A stretch of DNA of 64,000 nucleotides from Candidatus Omnitrophota bacterium (GTDB lineage Bacteria; Ratteibacteria; UBA8468; MWAK01): the NCBI GenBank assembly GCA_043826355.1, contig JBDRQI010000011.1, positions 21,418-85,417 of the forward strand, given 5' to 3'. Every line of letters starts with the position of its first letter. Within the stretch, counting starts at the first letter, position 1. Under the pieces are notes generated by a model. That model worked only from the letters and a program-made list of their open reading frames with translations. It did no database searches and had not been told where the DNA came from. A program made the translations under genes and the position numbers. Positions 63,241-64,000 of the stretch are shown here, in pieces.

Positions 63241-64000
63241 AGGATTTTATCGAAGGTTCCGAAGCGGTTGCGCGGGCAGTATGCCTCTGTAAACCCGGAG
63301 TAATTTCGGCGTATCCAATCACACCTCAAACCCACATTGTGGAAGGGCTGGCCCAGATGGTGGCCGACGGTCGTTTAAGAAGCCAGTTTGTCAACGTGGA
63401 AAGCGAACATTCCGCCGCATCGGTTGTTTTGGGCGCGGTGGCCGCCGGAGAACGCGTTTTTACGGCCAGTTCTTCGCAGGGCTTAATCCTGATGAGCGAG
63501 GTTATTTTTAATATTGCAGGAATGCGCATGCCGGTAGTTCTGGCGTGCGTAAACCGGTCATTGTCCGCACCCATTAATATCTGGAATGATTTGCAGGATT
63601 CAATTGCGTTGAGGGATAGCGGCTGGGTGCAGCTTTACGCGGAGAACAACCAGGAAGCCGCCGACCTTATCTTCCAGGCCTACCGTCTGGCCGAAGACCC
63701 CCGGTCACTTATCCCGGTCATGGTCTGTCTGGACGGGTACGTTCTGAGCCATGGTTTTGAAGTGGTTGATATTCCGGAAGAAGATAAGGTGGCGCAGTTT
63801 TTGCCGCCGTTTAATCCATTGGAAAAACTGGACACGGCCAACCCCAAAAGTTTCGGCCTTCTGGCCGGACCGGACTATTACCTGGAAATCAGACATGACT
63901 TACACCAGGCGGTTAAGGGCGCTTTAACGCTCATCCCGGAGATTACCGCCGATTTCAAGCGCATTTTCGGCCGCACTTCCGGCGGTCTGGTAGAACCTTA
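63237..64000 (+). CDS. porA: Pyruvate:ferredoxin oxidoreductase alpha subunit (partial, runs off window)
   Basis: Open frame from the ATG overlapping the porD stop (ATGA). MKDFIEGSEAVARAV...AYPITPQT...ESEHSAAS pattern. Not in the ORF track because no stop falls within the window. Confidence 0.9.
   Translation, partial: MKDFIEGSEAVARAVCLCKPGVISAYPITPQTHIVEGLAQMVADGRLRSQFVNVESEHSAASVVLGAVAAGERVFTASSSQGLILMSEVIFNIAGMRMPVVLACVNRSLSAPINIWNDLQDSIALRDSGWVQLYAENNQEAADLIFQAYRLAEDPRSLIPVMVCLDGYVLSHGFEVVDIPEEDKVAQFLPPFNPLEKLDTANPKSFGLLAGPDYYLEIRHDLHQAVKGALTLIPEITADFKRIFGRTSGGLVEP

Overview
This 64-kb window looks like a chromosomal segment from an uncultivated-type diderm bacterium. Lgt/LspA, LolCE/LolD, LptD, a lipid-A-type acyltransferase and an O-antigen-ligase-like protein are all present, and GC is about 50% by eye. 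I call about 70 protein genes. Most are housekeeping: recA, htrA, fabH, obg, lysC-lgt-lspA-dksA, a GDP-fucose plus dTDP-rhamnose precursor block (fcl, gmd, rfbDBAC), murD-ftsW-murG, nnrD-acpS-rpmA, dut-pnp-rpsO, lolE/lolD, ilvE, cmk, frr-pyrH, metG, ricT-like, pyrDK, two PfkB kinases, rpsU (59 aa, GTG start, absent from the ORF track), dnaX-ybaB, and two 2-oxoacid:ferredoxin oxidoreductase sets (korAB, fdx, porGDA). There are two tRNAs, Val-TAC and Met-CAT. Accessory content is limited. It includes a PIN/RHH toxin-antitoxin pair coupled to cmk, an orphan pseudopilin cluster interrupted by a GxxExxY (PD-(D/E)XK) gene, and an AT-rich URO-D-like gene lying between a fused ECF-sigma/anti-sigma protein and a DUF4139-like secreted protein, with a divergent DUF1638-like gene. 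I found no rRNA, CRISPR array, transposase or integrase. The most unusual content is non-coding. Almost every intergenic spacer is filled by short hairpin-forming repeats of at least seven families. These are nested inside each other, inserted in frame into conserved genes (fcl, lolE, the O-antigen ligase-like gene) and built into prepilin leader peptides. Two elements show compensatory base changes between copies. One is an 85-90-nt module downstream of both tRNA genes, each copy closed by an inverted repeat and an exact direct copy of the local tRNA 3' end. The other is a ~160-nt extended hairpin found in the lolE-lolD spacer and upstream of dnaX. dnaX also carries an in-frame A AAA AAG heptamer with a nearby -1 stop and a downstream hairpin. 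All family assignments rest on motif recognition by eye; no database search was run.
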